A DNA stretch of 64,000 bases from Yuukianura sp. NJ FZ-2021. Lineage: Eukaryota. The stretch lies in contig CM102286.1 of the NCBI GenBank assembly GCA_046563655.1, positions 12,462,001-12,526,000 of the forward strand, read 5' to 3'. The position numbers and the translations under genes are program-made. The notes beneath the pieces were generated by a model. It searched no databases, had not been told where the DNA came from, and saw nothing but the letters and a program-made list of their open reading frames with translations. This document shows, one piece after another, positions 36,698-52,270 of this stretch. Every line of letters starts with the position of its first letter. Position 1 is the stretch's first letter.

Positions 36698-37669
36698 TTT
36701 GTATCCTTTATCCTAATTTTAAAAAATTTTAACGTTCGAATAAATTGTATTCATGTAAAGTTTAGCTTGATTGTTATGACTTGCTTAAAAAAAAGAATAC
36801 AAAAATTGTCTGAAAGAACTGCCAAACTCATGTTACACTGATCTCTGACCTGGTTTTTTCGCATGACAGGTTCAAAATTTTGATTTTTTTTTTTAAAATT
36901 TCGGTGCAAAAATAATTTCAAGGACAAAATTTCTAATAACCACAGATACAGAAGAAATCACTTTCACCGATAGCCAGAAACTAGTGTTTCAAATTTTTCA
37001 CGGACATTACACTTTTTTTAAAACTATTTTTTCACACTTTCACTGGTCACTTCACTCTCGGTTGTAGGTGGGGCAGGCGGGGGTGTGTTCGGTTCAATTA
37101 AAAACAATGATTGAACATTAAAAGTTGCAGGAGACACATTGAAATATTTGGAAGATGACAAATCAAGATGGAGGCTCTTCTGGGCGGCGGCGTCATCTTA
37201 TGATGGTGGGGAAAGTTAGGGGGTTGGATGGAAATTGCAAAGTTTAGACTTTGTCTATACCACCACTTTCAACTATTATCCGCGGAGTCGCCAAAGCGCA
37301 GATGCAATTTTGCCAAAAAATGTTCGTAGTAAGTGATTCTAAAGATCCACTCCCCAAAAAATTTACCATTTGAAATCCAGTCAGGAATCAAGGATTCAGT
37401 TAAACTAGAAACAAAACCGCAACTGCAGGCCAAGAATTAATTTAATTGTTCTTTCCAGAAGCTCTTTCATTCACCAAATCATCATCAAACTGTCTGCTAC
37501 CAACTTTTAATTTGTGTTACGCAAAGTAAAATCTGAAGTTTTTAACATTCAGAATGAGTTTTCAAAATTCACTGGCACAAAGCTAACACTGCCCCTCAGC
37601 AATTCAAGTTTCTGCAAACTGCTAAACAAATGGTAAGTAATAAAACAAAACTTGCAGAATTTTGAGAAA

Positions 37670-37806
37670 AAAAGAATGAAAACGCAGAATTAAATTTTTA
37701 CAAAAAGAATGAAAATGCAGAATTAATTGGAAGAATGGAAATGTAGAATGAAATATCAATAAAATGGAAATCCAGAACGAAATTGTTGTATAGAATGAAA
37801 ATGTTA
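37670..37806. repeat. Degenerate ~30-bp tandem repeat (AGAATGAAAATGCAGAATTAA-like, ~5 copies)
   Basis: Recurring AGAATG(A/G)AAA...AGAAT units in intergenic DNA. Confidence 0.5.
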
Positions 37807-39791
37807 GGAGCCGAAAAGTTATAAAATCGTTAATTCTTGTTCGTGTTATTTTGTCTTTGTTTTATACGTTGTAATGGCGAAGTAAATAAAATTTAGAAAG
37901 ATGTGAACGGAAAAGGCAAATAATGGGAAAATCGTGAACTATGGACCGTGAATTACTGTTGACGTGTTTTCAATTGTTGTCCTGGAAGGAGACTGGGCAC
38001 TTTCCAAACTAACCCTATGTTGTAGTAACCAAACCGCGGTCCTTGTCCATGAAGTTTACATGATCCAAAGTGTTGAAACGCTTTTGTGCCTCACTTCATC
38101 TCCCAAACATCAGAAACTTCATCAGGAATTCCATTTCCTATTTAGGAACAACTGTGGTGAGGGGACATGGGAGTTCCAATCATGATTTGCACCATGGACG
38201 ATTCCAATAGTTTTTTTTTTCATAGTGAAACAACGATTGTAACTCAACTTAATTAGAAAATGGACAATGGACGTAATTGTTAGGTTTTATGTCGATGGAA
38301 TTATGGATGAGTATGAAGGATGACGAATCGGTTTGGTCTTCGAAGCGTGTCTTCCGGATGAAAATTTGATCTGAGAAAGAAATTATTTCTCCCCTTCTTT
38401 TCATTCATCTTTGAAATTTCATAAAGTGAAAGCTTGTGCTTGTCACCCTGTTGTTAATAAGGGCCCTCCCCTTCTGTCATGATCTGCCCATCAGATCATC
38501 CGAGTATCACGAAACTATTTTTATGTTTAGTTTTGGGGTGCGTTTGATGTGAACATTTTGGGCTGAAAGCGTCAGTTCCAAAAATTTTCGATTCAATACG
38601 TTTATGTTATGTTAAGCATGACTGGTGACACCGGTTTGAACGTACGCAAGTTTCATTAAAGTCGTGTGACCCCTGACCTGTACTGTTGTCTTTTAATTTC
38701 TTTCTCGAACGTAGTACAAGAAAAAATTAATGGTTGCGTTCCCTCTTACACGTGACACTACAGACTGTAATTTACAGTTAAACTCTAGCACAGAACTTTA
38801 GATTTTATTGCCTCTTTGTAAATCGATTAAATTCGTTGTCTAACGTAATTTGTAGCTTTGAGTTAACCCCGTATTCATAGCTATAGTATGAAGTTTAAAT
38901 TTTAGCCGTTGTAAAGCTGTAGATTTTATTTTGGTGGAATGAAATTACATTTCAACGGAAAGACTTTTAGTACTGTCACTAACACGAAAATCTCGCAATG
39001 AAAAGTGACTCGTAAAAACTGAAAATCTATTGTAAATAAGAACCAGACTTTTGTAACAAAACTTTTGTTAACCTAAGTAATATTTTAAGCTTATCTTGAC
39101 CAAATGATTACGAAGCAATTAAATAATCGCAGGATTTTTGTGGCTTTGTGGGAAAAGTAAACCAATTTTCGAGACGGAATTAATTAATTTCTCGAAAAAA
39201 TATCCGCGTGACAACTGACAGACAAGTGAACTTAAGCTTAAATTCCATTATTTCATATTATAACGGCTTGCATTTGCAACATTAGTTAATTATTTAGTTA
39301 ATTAGTAATCCTAATTGTAATTCCTTATTGAATTGTTGATGAAAACATAATTGAGCATGTGGCACTTTGGAGAAAGTAGTGAAAGCACGCCTATGCTAAA
39401 GTATTTGGCACCATTTGTTACATTAACAAAGTGTTTGAATGAACCTTTTAGTCACTTTTAGTATGTAATTATTTTAAGGAATTTATACAATATAAAATTG
39501 TGATTTTCATTCTAAAATGAGTTTTACATATGAATTCATTAAAATGAATTTACATATTTTTGTGTAGGGTTTACTGTTACTTACATGCTATCAATATCTT
39601 TTACGCGCGCTATTTAAGTACATATTATGTTGAACAGCGGAAGACCGGAAGTAAAGTAGAGTCATAATATTCGGGCGAGGGAGAAAAATTAATACACAAA
39701 CCTTTAGAAAACTTTTATTAGTCGTATTTAATTAAATTTAGTTGTGAATTTAAATGGAAATGAGTAAACGTAGAAGAGGGATTGAAATTCA

Positions 39792-40185
39792 ATGACAACC
39801 GAAACCGACAGTGAGTTCCGGGCATCAGTGGAGTATATTGAACAACTTAGCGGTAATTACGGATTTAAGCTATGGGATAGGCAAACGTTTTTCATTTCTC
39901 GCCTAAAGTTATTTTTCCAGTTGTAAATATTTTGCGAACGTTTTTTTAGGAGCTCAGAAAGCACTAATTGGTAAATCGGAAATAAGTCGACTTTATGGGC
40001 TGCACAAGCAGGCGACCGTCGGGGATTGCAATGTACGAAAACCGTGGTTTTTTGGACGTGGAGACTGGAACGCCTGGAACAGACTGCGTGGTACCACCAA
40101 ACAAGATGCGATGGCTCAGTACAATGACATAACTTCCAATTGTAAATATAGAATTAGACAAACAGGGACAATGGGAGGAATGTAA
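39792..40185 (+). CDS. Acyl-CoA-binding protein-like (98 aa), not in the ORF track
   Basis: Exons 39792-39852 and 39950-40185 encode MTTETDSEFRASVEYIEQL...RLYGLHKQATVGDCNVRKPWFFGRGDWNAWNRLRGTTKQDAMAQY, the ACBP signature. Confidence 0.85.
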
Positions 40186-40920
40186 TCAAGATTAGGTTTA
40201 AAATAGCGTTATTTGATTGTTAATCTGTTCTTGCCAACCGTCCTAAGCGTTATCGCCTTTGTACTAGTAGCGGTATTTAGATAAATGTTTGACTGCTTTA
40301 ATTGAATTTTTGCACAAATTGCTCACTCTTGTTGGCCATTCCCAATCGAAAAATAAAATATTAACTAACAAATTATTAATAGATGAATATGCGGATTATG
40401 AAGATGATTGTAGTACAACAATACCTAGCCTCTCATGAATATCAAAAATAGTTTTAAAACGTCTATTTAAAATTTAGCTTTTGCATTAAAAATGGACTTA
40501 AAATATTTAAGTCATATATCATTAAGCAAGAATTGCGAAATTCCAATTTCATTTTTTCTTGCCCAACCTCATATGCAAAGGCGGGAAGCATTCGTGTCGT
40601 GTCGGTGTCGGCTACGCCAATTGCCGAATGCCGAGTCAAGTCGGCAAAATAAATAAAGTAGCCAAGCCAAGTGAACATGAACAAACGAGAAGAGGGTACG
40701 GACAACCGAAATTCTTGGACATCAGCTTCTCCGTATCTTGGGTATTTTACGTTAAGTTTGGAACGACAACTTGTAACCGGTACTATTTCGCTTAAACAAT
40801 TGAATTTCATCCTGAAATTGAACCGTAAGTACAAAACTGTTAAGCGTTAGTCACCTGGGGTATGTAAGTTTTAACGAGTGATGGTTGTGTAGGTCACAGC
40901 GTCAATTGCCACACTGAACA

Positions 40921-43900
40921 ATGAACCGAGGTGGAAGACGACGAACACATGATGACGAAGATCAAGGTGAATGTCAACACATACATAAGTGATTATTTAT
41001 TGAATGTACTAATTAAACGAGATTGATAGGTGGGCGATATAATAAAAAACGCCGAACGAGCGAACCAGTTGACGAAGACCCTCTGCGGACATTGATCTAC
41101 GATGTTGGGGAGAAGGTAAACTTTCAGAAATCGAAATCACAGTCGTTAAAGAATCTGCTGAACTTAACCGGTACGAAGTATTCAATTCCTAGAAGTTATT
41201 TGTGTATTCTTTTGATGCAGACGAAAGCATCAATTGAAAGCAGTATTGAAGGTGTTTCCAAAATGCTGGAGGTGGACTTGTCAACTCACAAAGCCAAAAT
41301 CCTTGAAACTCTGTTGGAAGTTGTGACCAAGCAGCCAGAAAAGTGTACAATTTATTCAACATTGATTGGACTTTTGAATGCCAAAAACTACAATTTTGGA
41401 GGAGAGGTAACAGACGACATTTCATATGACCATGCCATTGGGGGTGGAATGAAAATAATATCGTTCAATCTTTCACTAATAGTTCATTGAAGCTGTGGTG
41501 AAAGATTTCAAGGAACGTGTGAAGGCAGGAGAATGGACCTTAGCGGAGTATTGCCTCCGGTTTATTTCGGATCTTGTCAATTCTCATGTCATTTCTGCAA
41601 CATCGCTACTTCAACTTTACGACGCGTTTATGGATGTATCTTTTGACACGAATTCCTCTCAGGTACTTTATGCAGAGATAATCAATTTTTATTAACCTCG
41701 GATAACGTCGAACATGTAATTCATGTTTGTTTTGCTTTCATTAGGGACGTCGGGATTGGGTTGTCTTCGCCATACTCAATTGCCTTCCCTGGGTTGGCCG
41801 GGAACTTTATGACAAGAAACAGCAAACAATGGAGCGTTTGATGATTACGATTGATAATTACATGAAAAAGAGATCCAAGAAGCATCATAATTTGCTGCGA
41901 GTTTGGCTCATTGATGATCCACATCCACAAGAAGAAGTGAGTCGTCTAAAAATTAATCCGACTCGAATTCAAGTAATAACCTTGCAAAGACTCAAGCAAA
42001 ATATTTCCTTTTTTGTTTCAGTATTTGGAATGTCTCTGGGCTCAGATTGAAAAGTTGAAAATGGACGGCTGGAATGAGAAGCACATTATTCGACCATATC
42101 TGGCTTTTGATAATGTGCTTTGCGAAGCATTGCAGCACATCTTACCGCAAATTACGCTCCCGCAACCACAAGGATCTATTTCGTACCCTCTTCCGTCTGT
42201 GATCTTTCGCTTGTTTGACTACACTGACTGTCCTCAGGTAAGTTACACTCTCAATTAATGGAGCGTATTAATTTAACGTACTAAAGACATGGCAATTTGA
42301 TAACAGGGGCCTGTTCTTCCTGGAGCTCATTCCATTGAACGATATCTTATAGAACGCGAGCTGAAAGCTATTATTACCAAGCATCATGAAGACAGACGTG
42401 AATGGTATGAAACGAATCATTACGAGAGTTATATAAAACACTTCAACGTCGCGAAACGTTTTTACAAAAATACATTTTGGTTTGTAATGTTTTAGTGTCA
42501 ATGCACTTTTTGATTATCCTCACATTCATCGAGTTCCGTTGGATCACATGATCGTTGAGGTCATTTTTGGAGAATTGTTCCGCTTGCCAGTACCGGAATA
42601 CATCCAAGTTTGTTACGCTGCAATTTTGCTTGAACTGTGCAAGAAGCAAAGCGGTTTAATTTCACAGGTAAATTCAATATTTTATCAGTTTATGCTTGAA
42701 AACGAGCCTGCTTGTAACTTCAATTTCTATTTTGTCTAGGCTCTTGCACAAGCAACAGAAATGTTGTTTGACAGAATTGAAACTATGAATGTCGCATGTG
42801 TGGACCGTTTCGTTACTTGGTTTGCTTATCATCTGAGCAATAACCAGTTCCAGTGGAGTTGGGATGACTGGGGAACCGTCGTTAACTTGGATCCACAACA
42901 CCCTAAGCCCAAATTCGTCTCTGAAATTATTCAGAAGTGCATCAGGTTTGTAGTTACTACTTCTGTTGTTCTATCTCACATTACAGGTTTGCTGATTTTG
43001 TTTCATCTTCTGCAGGCTATCTTACTATGAGCGTCTCGCCGAGTTATTGCCGAAATCTTTGGAGACCTTGCTACCACCACAAAGCGAGGCAATTCTCAAC
43101 TTTGACAAGAATATGCCCAAAACTGTTCCAGGTTTGGCACAAGCTTTGCAACTTCAAACTGCTTTCCGAGAGAAGGCCAGTGTTGACACGATTCTGGAAA
43201 TTCTACTTCGTGTTCCCAATCCACTGGATGCTGATGTCGAGGATGACGAGGCTGAACCAAAAACATGGAGCTTCAATCCACTGGCTATAAATGTCTTTGC
43301 ACAAACAGTGTTCATGCTCGGTTCCAAAACTATCTCACACAGCCGTTCTGCCATCTTACAACATCAACACGTTCTTCAAGTAATTTTTCAAAAATACGAC
43401 GTCGTGAAACTTGAATCCATTGCTCTTTAATTATTTCCAGAAAATCTCCGCTGATTCAACTGAGCAAGCTCACCTTTGTATTTTGAAGGCAGCTTTCGAA
43501 GTTTGGAAGAAAGACACACAAATGCTGGGTATCGTCGTGGATTTACTTTTGAAGTACAAGATTGTGTCTTTCGTCTCTGTCGCCAATTGGATCTTTACCA
43601 AGGATATGCAAGCTGAGTTTACCCGGTAATTAAACAGAACGTTTTTATGTCGTTACCGTAAAACTTCTAATGAATACCGGCCTCTATTAGACTCCGGGGC
43701 CTTATAAACAAACCCCGGAGGTAAAAGGCAGGATTTTGAAACAACCGGGCTTTCATTGGAACTTTTACGGTAACAGTATGCTTCGTTCTAATTGAAAATG
43801 AAAATGAGTGACACTGTTTCAATCTGGTAGGATTTACGTTTGGGAAATCCTTCACATGACAATTCGGAAGATCAACAAGAACATCGATCGCTTGAGTAAG

Positions 43901-44391
43901 CAATTGGCAGAGGCTAAGGAAAAAGTGCGAATGGCTGGCAACAGTTCCAGTGACAGTGAAACAGAAGAGAAGAGTCATTCAAAGGACAAGGGGATTCTGG
44001 ACATCCCAACGGAGGACGAGATCAATTTGATGGAAGAGAAATTGGAAACGCAGGAGGGAGAAAGGAAAGACTCGTTCTTGATTATCTTTCAACGATTTAT
44101 CATGATACTGTCGGAACACATTGTTCACTGCGACACAAATGGAAAGCCGTTTAACACAAGTTGGTATCAGTGGACTGTTGGGAGACTTCAAGAAGTATTT
44201 CTTCAGGTACGTTAAAACAGAAGCTTATGTTTATAAACAGCGATATAAACTTATACTTCCCAACATTTTTTGTTTAGCACGTGGAGCAAGTGTACCAGTA
44301 CAGCTCAACATTGGAACAACTTCTGTTCACGCAGGATTTGGATAAAAATATTCTGGAGATCTTCGAACAGTTCAAAGCATTGAAGGCTTAA
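40921..44391 (+). CDS. NCBP1: Nuclear cap-binding protein subunit 1 (CBP80)
   Basis: N-terminal bipartite NLS (RRRTH...KKRR), [89 protein letters not shown]. Stop TAA at 44391. Confidence 0.97.
43656..43770. mobile_element. 115-bp Tc1/mariner-pogo-type MITE in an NCBP1 intron
   Basis: TA|CCGTAAAACTTCTAATGAA ... TTCATTGGAACTTTTACGG|TA: ~19 bp TIR with a TA target-site duplication. Confidence 0.8.
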
Positions 44392-44892
44392 TACTGAGCA
44401 GCATTCAGCTGTATAATGCTTGTAGAAAACCGGATGTACCGGAATTGCTTTGTTTCATATTTCTTGTACTTACTAAATTTTTTGTTAAGTATATTTATAG
44501 ATGGGCTATTTAGAAGTTTACATACAGCGTAGCTGCCTGTAGCTGCGTCGTTTTCCAATTTACTGTGAACATAATAAAGCACAGTAAAAGGTTACGGGAC
44601 TAGCCTAACTTGTTTTGGTTTTAATTGACCGGGTTTTTTGTTTTATGCACCAAATGAAGGCAGTAGTAGTAATAATGTCACTGTGATTAGACAATGTTCC
44701 AAGAAAGATGCTGCTCAATATTTGAAGCATCTCTCATAGAGATTATAAGTGTCACTTTGGCTAATAAACTAAAGATTGTATTGACAAGTCAGAAGTCCAT
44801 CATTCCGGAGTGTTTATAGTTTGGCAGAAGAACTGAGCAGAGCAGGGCTTTGTGATGATTAATGTTTAGTGATGCTGGATGGGCGTGGCCAG

Positions 44893-47062
<2,170 letters not shown>

Positions 47063-48707
47063 CTTGTTACAAGTGTATGGACTTCTGATGACAATGCTAA
47101 AAACTACTTGGACTTCAACGTTTTAGTGTTGTTTGGGTACTCCTGTTGCGTCGAACTTCAAGCAGCCACTTCCTGAAACATAAGTTTTAGAACAAAATTT
47201 TAGATTTAGGAAATGTGTTGAAACTTTTTTTTATAATCACTGATGCAGGTAAGGTTTAGACATAAGCGTGTTTCTGCAGTTGAAAAAAAAAATGCTGCCA
47301 ATTCCGCTATTCCGCAGCAGCAACTTACTTTTATCTAGAACAATCTGAATGCATTACAAATAAAAACGCCTTTCATGCCGCGCCTACTTTTCAATTTCGC
47401 TTTCATCTTTGTAAAAAAAAAGTAAACAATTAAATTAATAACTTACCTATCAATCTCATTCGAGCATGAGACATGCAGAGAGAGGCACAAAGTGGAGCAA
47501 TGAATATTCGTTGTTTTTGATGAAAAGGAAGTGGGCGACGAGGACGACGATGGTGAATCTTTTGGTTTCACGGACACATTTAATTTGTGGTGATGTGGAT
47601 GGATATGATTTGATTGTTCTCGTACTTGTCCGTAACTGTAACCACCGTAGCTGTAAACTGTACACAAGTTGTTTAGTAGAATATCCGGAGTCCGTCCGGA
47701 GGCACTCCGACCAGACAGGAGGATCCCAGACAGACAGAAATTGCGACGAAGATGAGAGGAGTGAGTGACTGGGGGCAGAGGCGTAGTAAAGCGTAAGCTG
47801 AGAGGAGTGTGGGGTGGGAAATGGACAATCAACTCTTAAGAGGCCACAATGAATGAGATGATTCTTATCGTAGCGGTACTACAGAAACCTCGGAATGCTT
47901 GATGGCCTTATAATGTCCGTCTGTCTGTCCTTCCGATGCTCCGAATTTTCTGGAGAACTGAAAATTAAACATTGCCAGTTATTACGATTACGGCAATAAA
48001 ACACATATATCCATGTAGTACTAGTTGTAAAACGGTACCCAAGGACATGATAGGAACGGCGATGTTTGTGGTAACTACGGTGATTGCGATAAATCCTTAG
48101 GGTTCAGTACATACTTCGAGTTAGCGAGCGGTGGACGTCCTTTTCGACATGCATAGTGCGTCTTTAGGTGCCTGCAAAGAGAAAACAAAATAATTAATTG
48201 ATTTGCCATAACTAAATGGCTACAAAACATTTGCCTACATTCCTTAGATATATCTTGAGAGACAGTGTAAAATTCGTGGAAAATCGGATGAAATCCGAGT
48301 CGTAGCTCCCGTTGTTCCGTTATCCCCATTCGTTCATAGCTCGGTGTTCACAGAAAGCTTAAGTACAACCTGCTCTGATGTTGCGCATCAATGAAGTGGA
48401 CTTTGGATTGAGAATGTGATGAAGTCATTTTATGACTTAACGCTTCTCTTGTTAATTTGAAGACGCTATTGGTCTTAAGTGACACAAATTCATTGTAAAT
48501 CCCTGTGTTGTTGAATTACCATTCTATATTATGAGTAGAGCTGAATGCATGCGCTGGAAATTATGATTTTACGATTTATGAAACTGAGTAGTGTTTGATT
48601 TATTTAAACTACGGAAAAATTAAAAACTTACAGTAATAAACGCCATCTAGTCTGTAACTTTAGTACATTAGAAATTAGTGAGTGTAAATTAATTAATTCT
48701 ACCTCAT

Positions 48708-49696
48708 TCAAGCGATGGTTGTCACGCCCTCGTCTTCGTCAAAATCCATTTCTCCTTCCATGTCGCGAGTCTTTATATCCCCATCGTCGGAGACTCCCAT
48801 TATGATGTCAATCATAAGTGTAAGTGATTCTAGATCCCTTGGTCTTCGATTATCTAATGTATAGAATCTTACCAGAGCGTAATTGTCTAAGACCTGCCCA
48901 ATTGCACTTGTCAATTTAAGAAACTTGGAATTCCACTTGGTTTCAACCTCGTTCATCAAAATAGTTTCTGCCTCTGGTTCCAGATATGAGTGGAGCCTCT
49001 TCTTGTCCTTTTTGCTCATGAGATCCATCTTCGTTAAAACGGAAACATGAGGGATTTCCAGATTCACCATAGCACTTAATGCTGACATTGCTCCAGCGAT
49101 GAACTTTGAGCCGTCAGTTAGAAAGTGAGCATCAATGGTATAGACTCCGCAAACTCGGAATGACCATGACTCCAGCGTTTGAATAAAGGTCTTCATCAAT
49201 CCCAAATGAGTATAAAGTTCGATTTGCCCCGGACAATCGAAAAGGTAGTAATCACCATCAACCTCTTCACCCAACTGCTCAAGTAGCCAGTCCATGTGAT
49301 CCATCAAGTATCTGTTGACACAAATCTTAGTTAGGTTTAATGAAAATTAATTCAATTACGTTTTAAATCTTCGGTGATAATGAACTCACTGCATGCAATA
49401 CAAAAGGGCCCCATTTGGACCCAACTTTAGGTCTTCATCTTGCATGACGTCCTTCACTTCAATTAGATCTCTAATATCCACAACAGGCTGGTAGCTGAAA
49501 TATTCTGCAGCGGGATCGAGGTTCACCACCCGAATATGTCGCTGTGTATCTAGAGCATGTCGTTCCATCGTTGAACAATACGTGCTCTGTAATAAACAAA
49601 TTCACCAAATACAACAGTCGTTACTAATTATTGATCTTTAGTTAATTTTACCTTTCCACATCCTGCCGGACCCATTACAATTTGGCCAAAACGCAT
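48708..49696 (-). CDS. GPN3: GPN-loop GTPase 3
   Basis: MRFGQIVMGPAGCGKST, VVNLDPAAE, LGPNGAL, YLFDCPGQIELYTH, KFIAGAMSALSAMVNLEIPH, LTKMDL. Three exons. Confidence 0.95.
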
Positions 49697-50362
49697 CTTG
49701 CAAAGTTTCCACTGAAAAATCTTTTGTTCCTTATTACTTCCAAGTTGATACTATCTGTCTAGCCGGTGATTCGCTCCTCGTCCCCGTTTCTATCTGTCTT
49801 GATTGCCACCCATGTACAGATTCTTGTAATCCCAACCAAAAACAAAACCGATTAATTAATTGTGACTAATTGTAAGAAGGGATTAAAAATACCAAATGAC
49901 AGTAAAGTAATGCACTAAAAATCACACCAACAAAACAAAAAACAAATGACAAAACGTCCAATGATTGTTCGCGCGCTTCCATTCAAACGCCAGAGGTATT
50001 CCAAGCCGATGGTATTTCTGGACATTAATTTTATTACAAAAGCAGTCCGTTGTTATTGTTCTTAAATTATAATTCCAGCTGGCGCACGATTGTGCCAGTG
50101 CCAGTAGTAGGTTGGTATTGTTTTTATTTAAATCGATTGGCAATGGTGTTTAGCTAGCCGTCTATTTCCGGTTGGTAGTAATGTAACATTGTTCACATTG
50201 GCCAATTAATTTGCTTGCAAAATTTCAAAGGATTAACAAAGGATCAATAATCGAAGCAAGGTAAAGTTACTAATTTATTGAACGAACATATGATTTTATA
50301 TTTTCAACATTAGCAGTGCCTTGACCATGTTTTCCGATTGTTTTTGCAGAACGTTGAAGACA

Positions 50363-51758
50363 ATGATTGAGATCACAGCACGATTGATGCAAGGAGCGTA
50401 CTTGGCGGGGGAGATGATTGAATGCGCCATTACATTTAGATGCCCGTCGCCGCCAGCGCTCGTCCAATCCCAAGGGAACGAACAGGAAGAGATTCTTGGG
50501 TTAGCTAGTGCACAGATTTACTGTCGATGTCAACTGAATCAAGCCCATGTTGCAGCGACACAAACATACGACAAGGCTGGTTTGGGTCCTGAGCATGGCG
50601 TTGGTTCCAAAGCAACGTCATTTGCGCCATTAGTAAATGATGACAACGCATCCAATGGTGGAACAGCGGGAAGCAATGCGGCAGTATCTACTTCTGCAAA
50701 TCGAGTTGTTTCTACTACTAAACCGACGATTCTTTTTTGTGATTTACGACTTCTGCCAGGAGAGTCCAAAACATGTAAGGCGTTTAAAAGTACAAATGAA
50801 TCGGTAATATTTAATCCTAAAGTTGCTAATCTGAATTCTCTTTTTAGTTTGGTACCGAGAAATCTTGCCAGTAGAAGGGCCTCCTTCATTCCGAGGTCAA
50901 ATTTTAAAATACGCCTACAAACTGACAATTGGGACGCAAAGGATACACTCGCACATTCGCTTGTTGCATGTCCCGATCAAAGTTTTGGTTCTACAAGGTA
51001 ACAGCACGGCTTGTATCACAGATTTCGGATGGGAAGCCCAAAAATCGATTCTGAATTGTTGTTTTGTTTCAGAATTTTCAGACGCAGCCATCTTGAACGA
51101 CAGTGAAGAGTTGACACCGGCGAATCCATTCTTATCCGACCAGGAAAAAGAGTCACACTCCTCTGACACAGCTTTTCAGATTCTGCAAGTGGTCACTTCC
51201 CAGAGGAACCAGAAATTTTACAACGTCACTAATCAACGTGGACACGTTGTCAAGTTCTGTGTGTTCAAACAAGCCTATAAACTTGGGGAAGACATTGTAG
51301 GATCCTTGGATTTTTCAGAGTCAACTGTCCCTTGTATTCAGTATGCCGTGTCACTCCAAAGTGTAGAGGAACTATCTCCTGAATATCGAACCGAGAAACA
51401 GCGGAACGCCATTGCCACTTACTCCAAGTTCCATGAGATGGTCATTGGCTTCCAACAGTCCCATTTCGTCATTCCAGTGCCCCTCCATGTTACTCCCAGT
51501 TTTCACACGGACTTGATCCATCTCAAATGGAAACTTCATTTTGAGTTTGTCATCAGTACATCTTCCGTTGCTCAGCTTGGACTCGTGCCGTCTCAATCCC
51601 CAGACACTGGAACAATGGATGGAAACTACTGGCAAGCACCAAGTACTGTCAACATTGAAACAATGGTATGGGATCTCCCTATTAAGCTTTATCCAAATCT
51701 GCCGTCGTATTTATCTCAAGGTTTACAAATGGTCACCCAGTTCAAACAGCGCATTTGA
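50363..51758 (+). CDS. RGP1: RAB6A-GEF complex partner RGP1
   Basis: Exons 50363-50774, 50848-50997 and 51073-51758 encode MIEITARL...YLAGEMIEC, ASAQIYC, PTILFCDLRLLPGESK, GPPSFRGQ, YKLGEDIVG, WKLHFEFV and ETMVWDLPI. Confidence 0.93.
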
Positions 51759-52270
51759 ATTACACGTAGGTTAGTAAGCTCATGATTTTTTTTAATTAAT
51801 CAACTAATTCACTATAAAATTTGACATCTAATAAGTATAAAAGACGCCAAGACGCGTTGATGTTCCTTAGATGTTAGATAAACATAATTTGCTTCGTGTC
51901 AATGAAATTGAAATCGCTTACTGAAATACTTATCTTCGCGATCCATAGCGAGCGTCGTAAAGTTATGAGATCGTTTGGCCAATGGAATGGCCCGTTTATT
52001 TGTTTAATCGCTTAAGGCTACACTCTCAAAAATACTTTGACAAGGACGGACAAATATTGAACTTGGAAGTGTCAGCATGCGCGAGGGATGCTGAATGTGT
52101 AAAAAGTGTTTGGTAGGTTCGAGGTGATTATAAATTAATTAGAGAATTTGTGAATTAGTTGTTGCCACACGATAAATCAGGGAATTTAGAAATAGGTAGG
52201 AAGGAAGAACGTTTAGAAAATTATGACGCGATGATTTAGAAAGTTTCGCTAGGTAGGCTGCTAATCATTT

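Noticed and set aside
36800..39700. Possible RNA gene or hidden ORF in the longest intergenic stretch
   Set aside because: No tRNA, snRNA or rRNA signature and no convincing spliced frame found by eye. An Infernal/Rfam scan would be needed to exclude one.
40040..40075. Apparent frameshift suggesting an ACBP pseudogene
   Set aside because: Recounting the T-run (six T) shows KPWFFGRGDWNAW is in frame.
47063..47172. Non-AUG N-terminal extension of Akt as in Drosophila
   Set aside because: An in-frame TAA lies about 21 codons upstream of the ATG in the same exon.
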